Origin: Actinomycetes bacterium
Lineage (GTDB): Bacteria > Actinomycetota > Acidimicrobiia > Acidimicrobiales > JAMCQF01
Reading direction: 5' to 3'
Length of the DNA: 64,000 nucleotides
NCBI GenBank assembly: GCA_021851885.1
Contig: JAJZBS010000001.1
Span: 24,491 to 88,490, forward strand
The notes beneath the pieces are model-generated. The model had not been told where the DNA came from, did not search any database, and saw nothing but the letters and a program-made list of their open reading frames with translations. Shown in pieces: positions 46,974 through 55,731 of the stretch. Each line of letters begins with the position of its first letter. Position 1 is the stretch's first letter. The translations under genes and the position numbers were made by a program.

Positions 46974-48647
46974 ATGAATGGAGGGCACGCAAGTTGGAAA
47001 GGGGAAGGGCTTCTGAGAGCGCGCGATATCACGCCACTTCCGGACCTCGCCCACGGGCACGCCGTCACCGGTCCGGTGCGCAGCCGGCGTCCCGTCTACG
47101 TCGACCTCCTCCCCCCGTGTAACGCCGGGTGCCCGACCGGCGAGAACGTCCAAGCCTGGCTGGCCCTCGCCGAAGCAGGCCGTACTGAGGAGGCCTGGAA
47201 GGCCCTGGTCGCCGACAACCCTCTCCCCGCGGTGAGCGGGCGCGTCTGCTATCACCCCTGCGAGGACGTCTGCAACCGCGCCCAGCTCGACGCCGCCGTG
47301 GGGATTCACGCGGTCGAGCGCTGCCTCGGCGACGTCGCGATCGACCGGGGCTGGAGGCTTCCGCAGGGCCCCGCTGAGAGGCGGAGCCACAAGCGGGTCC
47401 TCGTCGTGGGATCCGGCCCCAGCGGCCTGGCCGCAGCCGTCCACCTGACGCTGCGCGGCCACGACGTCGAGATCCGCGACGCCGCGCCGTCACCGGGAGG
47501 GATGCTGCGCGACGGGATCCCCACCTACCGCCTCCCCCGTGACGTGCTCGACGCGGAAATCGAGCGCATCGCCGCGGCCGGCGTCCGGATCACGAACGGG
47601 CACCGGATCGAGGATCTCGAGTCCGAGAAGACCGAAGGCGGCTTCGATGCTGTCTTCGTCGCCGTCGGGGCGCAGCTGTCCAAGCATGTCGACATCCCCG
47701 CCCGCGACGCGGGCCGGATTCTCGACGCCATTGCTTTCCTCCGTTCGGTCGCTGCCGGTGAGCGTCCTGCTATCGGCCGGCGGGTCGCCGTCTACGGAGG
47801 CGGGAACACCGCGATGGACACCGCCCGCACCGCGCGGCGCCTCGGTGCCGAGGAGGCCCTGATCATCTACCGTCGCACGCGGGCCCAGATGCCGGCACAT
47901 GAAGAAGAAGCCGACAGTGCTGAACGCGAGGGCGTCCGGATCAACTGGCTGCGGACGATCTCCGCATTCGACGCGCCGGACCTGGTCGTCGAGACGATGG
48001 AACTCGACGACCACGGACTCCCCCGCCCGACGGGGCACACCGAAGCCCTGGCCGCGGACACCGTGATCCTCGCCCTCGGTCAGGACAGCGACACCTCGTT
48101 CCTCAAGGGGATCCCCGGCGTCGAGCTCTCCGCCGACGGATCCATCGCCGTGTCCTCGACCATGATGACGGGGCACCCGGGAGTCTTCGCCGGCGGTGAC
48201 TCGGTGCCGGCAGAACGCACGGTGACCGTCGCCCTCGGCCACGGCAAGAAGGCGGCGCGTGCGGTCGACGCCTGGCTCCGGGGGGCACCTGTGGCCACTG
48301 CGCCGAAACATCCGACGGCAACGTTCGAGACGCTGCACCTCTGGTACTTCGGCGACGCTTTGCGCCGGCGCCAGCCGGAGCTTGCCGCCACCGAGCGGGT
48401 GCACGGGTTCAACGAGGTCGTCGGCTCGCTCAGCGCGACCGAAGCCCGTTTCGAAGCCGCGCGATGCTTGTCGTGCGGCAACTGCTTCGAATGCGACGGA
48501 TGTCTTGGTGCCTGTCCCGAGGGCGCCGTCATCAAGCTCGGACAGGGAAAGCGGTACCGCTTCGACGACGACGTGTGCACGGGATGCGCGGCCTGCTTCG
48601 AGCAGTGCCCGGTCCACGCCATCGACATGGTCCCCGAAAGCCGGTAA
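46974..48647 (+). CDS. GltD-like NAD(P)H-dependent Fe-S flavoprotein oxidoreductase with a C-terminal 2x[4Fe-4S] ferredoxin domain
   Basis: N-terminal Cys clusters (CNAGCPTGENV, VCYHPCEDVCN), FAD/NAD Rossmann motifs (VLVVGSGPSGLAAA, VAVYGGGNTAMD, FAGGD), C-terminal CLSCGNCFECDGCLGACP and CTGCAACFEQCP. Confidence 0.85.
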   Translation: MNGGHASWKGEGLLRARDITPLPDLAHGHAVTGPVRSRRPVYVDLLPPCNAGCPTGENVQAWLALAEAGRTEEAWKALVADNPLPAVSGRVCYHPCEDVCNRAQLDAAVGIHAVERCLGDVAIDRGWRLPQGPAERRSHKRVLVVGSGPSGLAAAVHLTLRGHDVEIRDAAPSPGGMLRDGIPTYRLPRDVLDAEIERIAAAGVRITNGHRIEDLESEKTEGGFDAVFVAVGAQLSKHVDIPARDAGRILDAIAFLRSVAAGERPAIGRRVAVYGGGNTAMDTARTARRLGAEEALIIYRRTRAQMPAHEEEADSAEREGVRINWLRTISAFDAPDLVVETMELDDHGLPRPTGHTEALAADTVILALGQDSDTSFLKGIPGVELSADGSIAVSSTMMTGHPGVFAGGDSVPAERTVTVALGHGKKAARAVDAWLRGAPVATAPKHPTATFETLHLWYFGDALRRRQPELAATERVHGFNEVVGSLSATEARFEAARCLSCGNCFECDGCLGACPEGAVIKLGQGKRYRFDDDVCTGCAACFEQCPVHAIDMVPESR

Positions 48648-48696
48648 GCAGAGCCGTGGTCGACGCCTCTTCCCTTGATACGACTGCGAGGCCGCA

Positions 48697-51600
48697 GTGA
48701 GCTCGACCGTGCTCGACGGCAACGGGGCGGCGATCTCGGCGGCCTACCGCTTGAGCGAGGTCTGCTGCATCTTCCCGATCACACCGGCCTCACCGATGGC
48801 AGAGGCCGCCGACGCATGGGCGAGCGAGCACCGGCCGAACATCTGGGGAAGCGTCCCGACTGTCGTCGAGATGCAGAGCGAAGCCGGCGCAGCAGGAGCG
48901 CTGCACGGAGCGCTCCAGGGCGGAGCGCTGGGTACGACCTTTACTGCCTCCCAGGGCCTGCTCCTCATGATCCCAAACATGTACAAGATCGCCGGGGAGC
49001 TGACCCCGGCGGTTATCCATGTCGCCGCACGATCGCTCGCGGTACAGGCTCTTTCGATCTTCGGCGACCACTCCGATGTCATGGCCGCGCGTCAAACCGG
49101 GTTCGCGATCCTGGCGTCCTCATCCGTCCAAGAGGCCCACGATCTCGCGGCGGTCGCCCATGCGGCGACCCTGGCGGCGCGAGTCCCCTTCGTGCACTTC
49201 TTCGACGGTTTCCGCACCTCGCACGAGCTCAACACGATTTCTCTGCTTACCGACGACGACCTCGCCGCCCTTGTTCCCGTCGCCCTTGTGCGCGCGCACC
49301 GCCGGCGGGCCTTGTCGCCGGAACGCCCCTTCATCAGGGGCACCTCACAGAACCCGGACGTGTACTTCCAAGGGCGGGAAACGGTCAACCCCTTCTACGA
49401 GCGCACACCGGCCATCATCCAGGACGCCATGGACCATCTCGCGTCGCGCTGCGGGCGCCACTACCGGATCGTCGACTACACCGGCCACCCCGAGGCCGAG
49501 CGCGTTGTCGTGTTCATGGGCTCGGGCGCCGAGACCGCCCGGGAGACCGTCACCTATCTCGCGAGCCGCGGCGAGCGGGTCGGCGCCCTCACTGTCCGCC
49601 TGTTCCGCCCGTTCCCAGCAGCCGAGCTCATCGCGGCGCTCCCCACGACGGTGCGGCGGATCGCCGTCCTTGATCGGACGAAGGAAGCGGGCTCGTTCGG
49701 CGAGCCGTTGTTCCTCGACACATCGGCCGCCGTCGCCGAAGCGTCCCGTGCCGGCCTGCGTCCCCCGGTGGAAGAGGTGTCCGGAGGACGTTACGGGCTG
49801 GCGTCCAAGGAGCTCTCCCCGGGCATGGTCGCCGGCGTTCTCGCCGCCCTCGATGGCCGAAACGAGCCTTCCGGGGGTGTGCGCCCTCGATTTACCCTCG
49901 GGATCACCGACGACGTCTCCGGCAGCTCCCTCCCCTACGACGCCTCCCTCGTCGTCGATACGTCGACGACGATGCGGGCGTTGTTCTTCGGGCTCGGCTC
50001 CGATGGCACGGTGGGGGCGACGAAGAACACGGTCAAGATCCTGGGCAGCCAGGATGGCCTTTACGCTCAGGGCTACTTCTCCTACGACTCCCGGAAGGCC
50101 GGATCGCCAACCGTGTCCCACCTCCGGGTCGCACCCGAGCCGATCCGCGCTCCCTATCTCGTGGGCGACGCAGACTTCGTGGGTTGCCACCACCCGAGCC
50201 TTCTCGACCGCCTCGACGTCCTCGGCAACGCGGCGCATGGCGCCACTTTGCTGCTCAACACGCCGCAATCTCCGGCCACCGTCTGGGGCGCGCTGAGCCG
50301 CCCGATCCAAGACCAGATCCTCTTGAAAGGCCTCCGGGTCCATGTCGTCGACGCCAATCGCATCGCCCGCGAGCTCGGTCTGGGCGAACGGATCAACACT
50401 GTTCTCCAGGCGTGCTTCTTCTCCATCACCGGGGTCATCGATCGCGAGCTCGCCATCAATCAGATCAAGGAGTCGGCCGCTTCGACCTATGGCCGCCGTG
50501 GGGCCGAGGTGGTGGCCGCCAACGTTGCCGCCGTCGACCGGGCGCTCGCCGAGGTGTCACCGGTCGTTGTGCCCGGCCACGCGACCTCGGCCACTCCGGC
50601 GCGCCCGGTCGTTGCCAGCGACGCGCCGCCGTTCGTGCGCAACGTCACCGCCGTGCTCATGGCCGGGCGCGGGGACGAGCTTCCTGTGAGCGCGATCCCC
50701 GTCGACGGGACGTGGCCGAGCGGGACGGCGGCCTTCGAGAAGCCCAACGTCTCGGACCTTGTCGCGACATGGGACCCCGACCTGTGCATCCAATGCGGCA
50801 ATTGCAGCTTCGTCTGTCCCCATGCAGTGATCCGCGCGCGCTTCTTCGACCGTGCCGTGTTGGAAGGGGCTCCGGCGACGTTCCCGTCGGCGCCGCTCGT
50901 CGGCAAAGGGCTCCCGGACACCGCCTATGCCTTTCACGTCTACGTCGAGGACTGCACCGGCTGCGGCCTGTGCGTCGAGGCCTGCCCGGTCACCACGGCC
51001 GTCGCCGCCACCGACGACCCCGCAGGCCGTGCTCCGAGAAGAGCCGGCGGCGGCGACACGGGCCCGGCTCGCAAGGCGATCAACCTGACCGAACGTGCGC
51101 CGATCGTCGAGAGCTCACGACGGAACCAAGCGTTCTTCGCCACCCTCACCCCCGCGGACCGCACCCGGGTCGACTTCGGAACCGTGCGCGGGGCCCAGTT
51201 CCTCGAGCCTCTCTTCGAGTTCCCCGGGGCGTGCGCGGGGTGCGGTGAGACCCCGTACCTGAAGCTGCTCTCCCAGCTCTTCGGGGATCGCGCGGTCATA
51301 GCCAACGCGACCGGGTGCTCGTCGATATACGGGGGGAACCTGCCGACGACGCCGTGGACAATCGACACGGCCGGCCGCGGCCCCGCATGGTCTAACTCGC
51401 TGTTCGAGGACAACGCCGAGTTCGGTCTCGGCCTGCGGCTCGCCGCGGATGGCCACGCCGCAATCGCCCGCGAGCGGCTGCAGGCCCTGGGTCCCACGGT
51501 CGGCGAGGACCTGGCGTCCGCCATCCTCGACTCCCACCAGATCGGCGACACGGAGATGCGCGCGCAGCATCAGCGCGTCACCGAGCTCAAGCGGCGGCTC

Positions 51601-52350
51601 GCCGCGGTCGACCACCCCGACGCTGCCGACCTGGCAAGCGTCGCCGACCACCTCATCCGGCGCAGCGTATGGATCGTCGGCGGCGATGGATGGGCCTACG
51701 ACATCGGCTCCGGTGGCCTCGACCATGTGCTCGCCAGCGGGCGCGACGTCAACATCCTCGTGCTCGACACCGAGGTCTACTCCAACACGGGCGGCCAGGC
51801 CTCCAAGGCGACACCGCTCGGAGCAGTCGCCAAGTTCGCGGCGGCCGGCAAGACCTCGGAGAAGAAGGATCTCGCACTCCAGGCAATCGCCTACGGCAGC
51901 GTCTACGTCGCGCGCGTCGCGATGGGCGCCGATCCACAGCACACGCTTCGGGCAATGCGCGAGGCCGAGGCCTTCGCCGGGCCGGCCCTCGTCATCGCCT
52001 ACAGCCACTGCATAGCCCACGGCATCGACATGCGCGACGGGCTCGACGAGCAGTACCGGGCCGTCGCCAGCGGCGACTGGCCGCTCATGCGCTACGACCC
52101 CGTGCTGCGCACGACGGGCGGGAACCCGTTTCTGCTGGACTCGCCCCGCCCGCGCCTCGCCCTGGCCGCCTATCGGCGCCACGAGCTTCGCTACACCGAG
52201 CTTGCCGCCTCCGACCCGACCGAGGCGGCCCGTCTTGCCCAGCTCGCCCAGGCGGCCGTCGACGAGCGTTGGCGCACCTACGAGGAGATGGCGACGCGGC
52301 CCGCGCACCGCTTCCCTGCCGACGCCCGCCACAATCGCGCCCGTCCCTGA
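48697..52350 (+). CDS. nifJ: Pyruvate:ferredoxin (flavodoxin) oxidoreductase, single-chain NifJ/PFOR type
   Basis: 1217 aa. N-terminal domain I (CIFPITPASPMAE), ferredoxin domain (CIQCGNCSFVCPHAVIR, CTGCGLCVEACP), TPP-binding GACAGCGETPY and GGDGWAYDIG. GAGG lies 5 nt upstream of the GTG. Confidence 0.95.
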   Translation: MSSTVLDGNGAAISAAYRLSEVCCIFPITPASPMAEAADAWASEHRPNIWGSVPTVVEMQSEAGAAGALHGALQGGALGTTFTASQGLLLMIPNMYKIAGELTPAVIHVAARSLAVQALSIFGDHSDVMAARQTGFAILASSSVQEAHDLAAVAHAATLAARVPFVHFFDGFRTSHELNTISLLTDDDLAALVPVALVRAHRRRALSPERPFIRGTSQNPDVYFQGRETVNPFYERTPAIIQDAMDHLASRCGRHYRIVDYTGHPEAERVVVFMGSGAETARETVTYLASRGERVGALTVRLFRPFPAAELIAALPTTVRRIAVLDRTKEAGSFGEPLFLDTSAAVAEASRAGLRPPVEEVSGGRYGLASKELSPGMVAGVLAALDGRNEPSGGVRPRFTLGITDDVSGSSLPYDASLVVDTSTTMRALFFGLGSDGTVGATKNTVKILGSQDGLYAQGYFSYDSRKAGSPTVSHLRVAPEPIRAPYLVGDADFVGCHHPSLLDRLDVLGNAAHGATLLLNTPQSPATVWGALSRPIQDQILLKGLRVHVVDANRIARELGLGERINTVLQACFFSITGVIDRELAINQIKESAASTYGRRGAEVVAANVAAVDRALAEVSPVVVPGHATSATPARPVVASDAPPFVRNVTAVLMAGRGDELPVSAIPVDGTWPSGTAAFEKPNVSDLVATWDPDLCIQCGNCSFVCPHAVIRARFFDRAVLEGAPATFPSAPLVGKGLPDTAYAFHVYVEDCTGCGLCVEACPVTTAVAATDDPAGRAPRRAGGGDTGPARKAINLTERAPIVESSRRNQAFFATLTPADRTRVDFGTVRGAQFLEPLFEFPGACAGCGETPYLKLLSQLFGDRAVIANATGCSSIYGGNLPTTPWTIDTAGRGPAWSNSLFEDNAEFGLGLRLAADGHAAIARERLQALGPTVGEDLASAILDSHQIGDTEMRAQHQRVTELKRRLAAVDHPDAADLASVADHLIRRSVWIVGGDGWAYDIGSGGLDHVLASGRDVNILVLDTEVYSNTGGQASKATPLGAVAKFAAAGKTSEKKDLALQAIAYGSVYVARVAMGADPQHTLRAMREAEAFAGPALVIAYSHCIAHGIDMRDGLDEQYRAVASGDWPLMRYDPVLRTTGGNPFLLDSPRPRLALAAYRRHELRYTELAASDPTEAARLAQLAQAAVDERWRTYEEMATRPAHRFPADARHNRARP

Positions 52351-52472
52351 TCCGGCGCCCGCCGCCGACGTCGGCGATCACGAGGGACTTCCGGCCCTAG
52401 CACGTGGCCCTGGAAGCAGCCATCGTGGGGATTGGCGACGGCAGATGGGTAGCAATGCAAGGCAGGTGGGCA

Positions 52473-52736
52473 ATGATCAGGTCCTTCATGACCGACGACA
52501 GCGACGTGATCCGGATGCATCCGGCAGGCCACGCGGTCATCGACGACGCGGATGACGTTGCCGTCTGTTCGCAGCTGCGCCGCCTGGCCGACATCGTCGA
52601 CAGCCTGTGGAACGATGCGCTCGCCTCGGCCACCCATGGCGAGGCTGTCCGGCTTGGGGAAGCGAGCCTCGGATTGCACCGGGCGCTCATCGCCCTCGAC
52701 GGATTCCGCCATCCAGAGTTCGGCGACGCGAGCTGA
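52473..52736 (+). CDS. Hypothetical acidic 87-aa protein (orphan)
   Basis: ATG at 52473 with GGTGGG 4 nt upstream. High GC3 and balanced amino-acid composition (MIRSFMTDDSDVIRMHPAGHAVIDD...). No family recognised. Confidence 0.55.
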   Translation: MIRSFMTDDSDVIRMHPAGHAVIDDADDVAVCSQLRRLADIVDSLWNDALASATHGEAVRLGEASLGLHRALIALDGFRHPEFGDAS

Positions 52737-52865
52737 TCGGCGGAGCCCGGGGGTCCTCCAGCCCGGGCCCAGTGCTTGACTGCACGACCTGATCGCGCGC
52801 GGGCGTCGACGCCGAGGACGGCAGCACGCGCCATCCAGGGATCCACGTTCAGGAACGGAAAGGGA

Positions 52866-55094
52866 CTATCGGCCCGGCAATGGGCACCATGGCCTCTGGC
52901 CGATGCCTTCCGCGAACCCCAGGATAGGAAACGGACCCAGGGGCAACGGGAAGGAGGGCAGGACCGTGTGGCACCGTGCAAATGACCGGCGCGAGAGTGT
53001 TCTGCACCGCGCCGGAGACGAACTCGTCGATGAATGCGAAGCCTTCCTATCGGGCAACATCGCCGTGCATCTCGATCGGCGGGACAAGCCGGTCCCGGAC
53101 TGGGCGTGGCTGAATGCGCTGGCACACGGGGCGGCGGCGCGCGTCTTGCCCCCCTGCGCAAACGAGCCGGCCAACCCCTTCTCCTCGGAGCGGTCGTGGT
53201 GTGAAGCTCTCGGCTTCCTCGACGAGGAGCTTGACATCATTGCGGCAACGAGCGGGGTCGAGCGCGACGAGCTCTGCCGGCGCGTCCTCGTACCGCTCGA
53301 GCTCGAGCTGGCGGCGTCGCGGGCCCGCCCTCCCCTCGGGCCCGGGCAGCTTGCCCGTCGCGTTCTCGCCGCGCTCGGCGCGTACCTGGCCAGCCACCAG
53401 AGCTGACCGCCGGCCGCGCCAGGCGCCACCGGGGCTTCGCTGCCCGCCGGAGCCAGCGGATACGGCTCCCCGAGCCCGGTCGGCACCAAGGAGGCTGTCG
53501 GGCCCGAGCCTGCCGGTACTGCCACGGCAACGCCATGGGTTCCCGTCCCGATCCCGGTGGTGCCCCCAATCCCGGCGTGACCCGGGGCGCCGAGCGCCGG
53601 GTACCCGTTGCACCACGTTGAGCGTGGAGCTACGGCGGCAGATGCCCGACGGGCTGTGCGGGAATGCACCGACGCCATGTCGGATGGCGCGCTCGCCGGC
53701 GATCCCGACGTCGAACAGGCGACGCCTGCCATGGGCTGCAACAGGGCGTCGATGCCCGTCGTCGTCCGCCCGACGGCGACGTCGACCGGTACGGCGCTCG
53801 ACTCCGTCGCTGCCTCGCTATACCACTGAGGCCGGTAGTAGCCGCTCCCGCACCCCGACCGGAACGTGACTTTGTACGTCCCGGCGGGCAACCCCTCGAT
53901 CTGGTAGGTCCCGTCACCCGCGCTCGGCGCCGTGCCGTAGCCGGACCCCGACGTCGCGTCCGCCTCGACGCAGATGCCGGCGAGCGGTGTCCCGGAAACG
54001 TCGGAGACCGTGCCTTCGACGGCCCCACCGGGGCTCATCGTCACGTCGATCCCGCTCGTCGTATCTCCGGCGGTGATCGGGATCGGCCGGGCGCTCAGTT
54101 GCGTCGAGCCCCCGTCGAAGGTCCCGATGTAATCGCCTCCGCCGCATCCCGAGAAGAAATCGAGAACCGCCTCGCCGGGGGGCAGTCCTGTCACCGTGTA
54201 GTTGCCCTCGGCGTCCGTCGACGTCTCGACGAAGGTGACCACCTCCCCGGAGGTGGTTGCCTCGATGGGATTGATGCAGATGCCGCCAAGCCCGGTCCCC
54301 GCCGCGTCCGTCACGCGCCCGGTGATCGATCCCCCGGCGCTCAGCTGGACGTCGATGCCCCCGGCTGTCGCCGGGGCATCAACGTTCACCGGGGCCGCCT
54401 TGGCCTGCGACGGGGAGTTCGGGTACCAATCCACGGCATAGGGGCTCGGCCCGTAGCAGCTGGGGACGAACTCGATCGTGTAGGTGCCCGACTCCATCCC
54501 GAGAAAGGTGTACGCCCCGTCCTGGGCGGTGGCGACGTCGTTGTACAGGGTGCTCTGGCCCATGGGCAGGTCGAGATAGGCGTAGGCGCAGATGCCGCCG
54601 ACCGGCGAACCCGAAGCGTCGAGCACCCTCCCCGTGATCTCGCCGCCGGGGCCGAGTGTCGCCCCGATCCCTGTCGTCACCGTGCCCCCGGTGACCGGGA
54701 CAGGCGTCGCCGAAGCGTAAGCGGGCTGGTCCCGGTACCACTGGATGGCGTCGTTCGGCCCGCCGCAGCCGGGAAAGAACTCGACCAGGTAGTTCCCAGC
54801 CGCCAGAGAGAGCGAGTACGAGCCGTCCGACCCGGTCTTCGTCGACGCGTACTGGGTGCTCGACGATGCCGCCACGCAGATACCAGCCTGCGGGGCGCCC
54901 GCCCCGTTGGCGAGGGTTCCCGTGATCGTTCCCGTACTCGCCACCTGGGCCGGCGGCGAGCCGGTTGCACTCGGCGCTCCGCCAAGCGATCCAGCGGTGC
55001 CGTCGGTGCCCGAGGTCGCGGCGGCACCGGTCTGGGTGAGGAGGGTCGCCACGGCGACGGTGCAAGCTGCGATTGGCCAGCGGAGTCGGGACAT
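52866..55094 (-). CDS. Secreted protein with four carboxypeptidase-regulatory-like (CarboxypepD_reg-type beta-sandwich) repeats; the 3' end is problematic
   Basis: ATG at 55094, signal peptide MSRLRWPIAACTVAVATLLTQTGAAATSG, then four repeats of about 100 aa. After about 53735 the frame becomes low-complexity, and from 53406 to the stop at 52866 it is the antisense shadow of the 52966-53406 gene. Confidence 0.7.
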   Translation of the reverse strand: MSRLRWPIAACTVAVATLLTQTGAAATSGTDGTAGSLGGAPSATGSPPAQVASTGTITGTLANGAGAPQAGICVAASSSTQYASTKTGSDGSYSLSLAAGNYLVEFFPGCGGPNDAIQWYRDQPAYASATPVPVTGGTVTTGIGATLGPGGEITGRVLDASGSPVGGICAYAYLDLPMGQSTLYNDVATAQDGAYTFLGMESGTYTIEFVPSCYGPSPYAVDWYPNSPSQAKAAPVNVDAPATAGGIDVQLSAGGSITGRVTDAAGTGLGGICINPIEATTSGEVVTFVETSTDAEGNYTVTGLPPGEAVLDFFSGCGGGDYIGTFDGGSTQLSARPIPITAGDTTSGIDVTMSPGGAVEGTVSDVSGTPLAGICVEADATSGSGYGTAPSAGDGTYQIEGLPAGTYKVTFRSGCGSGYYRPQWYSEAATESSAVPVDVAVGRTTTGIDALLQPMAGVACSTSGSPASAPSDMASVHSRTARRASAAVAPRSTWCNGYPALGAPGHAGIGGTTGIGTGTHGVAVAVPAGSGPTASLVPTGLGEPYPLAPAGSEAPVAPGAAGGQLWWLARYAPSAARTRRASCPGPRGGRARDAASSSSSGTRTRRQSSSRSTPLVAAMMSSSSSRKPRASHHDRSEEKGLAGSFAQGGKTRAAAPCASAFSHAQSGTGLSRRSRCTAMLPDRKASHSSTSSSPARCRTLSRRSFARCHTVLPSFPLPLGPFPILGFAEGIGQRPWCPLPGR
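52966..53406 (+). CDS. Hypothetical 146-aa protein (orphan) with a PVPDWAWLNALAHG motif
   Basis: GTG at 52966 preceded by a strong SD, AAGGAGGG, with a 7-nt spacer. High GC3 and balanced D/E/L/A composition. No family recognised. Confidence 0.65.
   Translation: MWHRANDRRESVLHRAGDELVDECEAFLSGNIAVHLDRRDKPVPDWAWLNALAHGAAARVLPPCANEPANPFSSERSWCEALGFLDEELDIIAATSGVERDELCRRVLVPLELELAASRARPPLGPGQLARRVLAALGAYLASHQS
53736..54929 (-). repeat. Four tandem protein-level repeats of about 100 aa, each with one conserved Cys pair
   Basis: The pattern (I/V)TG.V.D..G.P..GICV ... DG.Y...GL..G.Y.V.F...CG.....WY ... TTGID is seen four times: GICVAASS/FFPGCGG, GICAYAY/FVPSCYG, GICINPI/FFSGCGG, GICVEAD/FRSGCGS. 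Confidence 0.8.
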
Positions 55095-55340
55095 CAACAA
55101 GGAGGGGCTCGGTACGCCGGCGTGACCCCCCACACGGCCTCGCCCCCTGCAACGATAGGCGGAGGACCCGCCCACTGCATCCGCCAGGAGGCTCGGCCTG
55201 ATTCGGCCCTTCGCCCGAGTCGCCCCGATGTGCGGGCGCCTGCCCCATCTTGCCCGGGTGTCCCCTTCGGGGGACGGATCGCCGAGAATGCTCAGGAAAC
55301 CGCCATCGAAGCGTCACGGGAACGCAACATCGCCCTCGTA

Positions 55341-55694
55341 ATGTTCTTGAGCGGAGACCACCGGAGGAACGCTGTGGGTCAACATCAAACGAGGCGGCCC
55401 GCCGCCTTGGTCGTCACCGGCGGCAAGGACGCAGGCGCCCATCACGGTCTCGCCGGTGCCGTCAACAGGATCGGTCGCCGCCCCGGCAGCGAGATCCTGC
55501 TTGACGACGTGTCGGTGTCGCGCAGTCATGCCGTCGTCGTGCGCAACGGCCGGCGGGTCCTTCTCCGTGACACGGGTTCGCTCAACGGAACCTTCGTCAA
55601 CCGCAAACGCGTCGACGAATCGGTCCTGGAGCCCGGCGACGAGATCCAGGTGGGCACCTACAAGCTCGTCTACTCTCCCTCGCCCGCGTCCTGA
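55341..55694 (+). CDS. Small FHA-domain protein (117 aa)
   Basis: NRIGRRPGSEILLDDVSVSRSHAVV, RDTGSLNGTFVNRKRV, GDEIQVGTYKLVY. Only the last 117 aa of the 676-aa track ORF are credible. Confidence 0.85.
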   Translation: MFLSGDHRRNAVGQHQTRRPAALVVTGGKDAGAHHGLAGAVNRIGRRPGSEILLDDVSVSRSHAVVVRNGRRVLLRDTGSLNGTFVNRKRVDESVLEPGDEIQVGTYKLVYSPSPAS

Positions 55695-55731
55695 CGCCAG
55701 CTGCGCCGGCACCGGTGACGGACCCGGCTGT

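Noticed and set aside
52473-53406. Type II toxin-antitoxin pair reading of the two orphan genes
   Set aside because: A 230-nt gap separates them, there is no overlap or coupling, and I recognised no toxin or antitoxin fold motifs.
53475-53489. Sortase-like LVPTG motif in the tail of the secreted repeat protein
   Set aside because: It is not followed by a hydrophobic TM segment. The next roughly 35 aa contain Glu/Pro/Gly, and the ORF continues another 200 or so aa. A chance match is likely.
53664-55340. The N-terminal roughly 560 aa of the 676-aa plus-strand ORF that ends with the FHA domain
   Set aside because: Only the last 117 aa (from the ATG at 55341) look like a protein. The rest is the antisense shadow of the secreted repeat-protein gene and crosses its promoter region.
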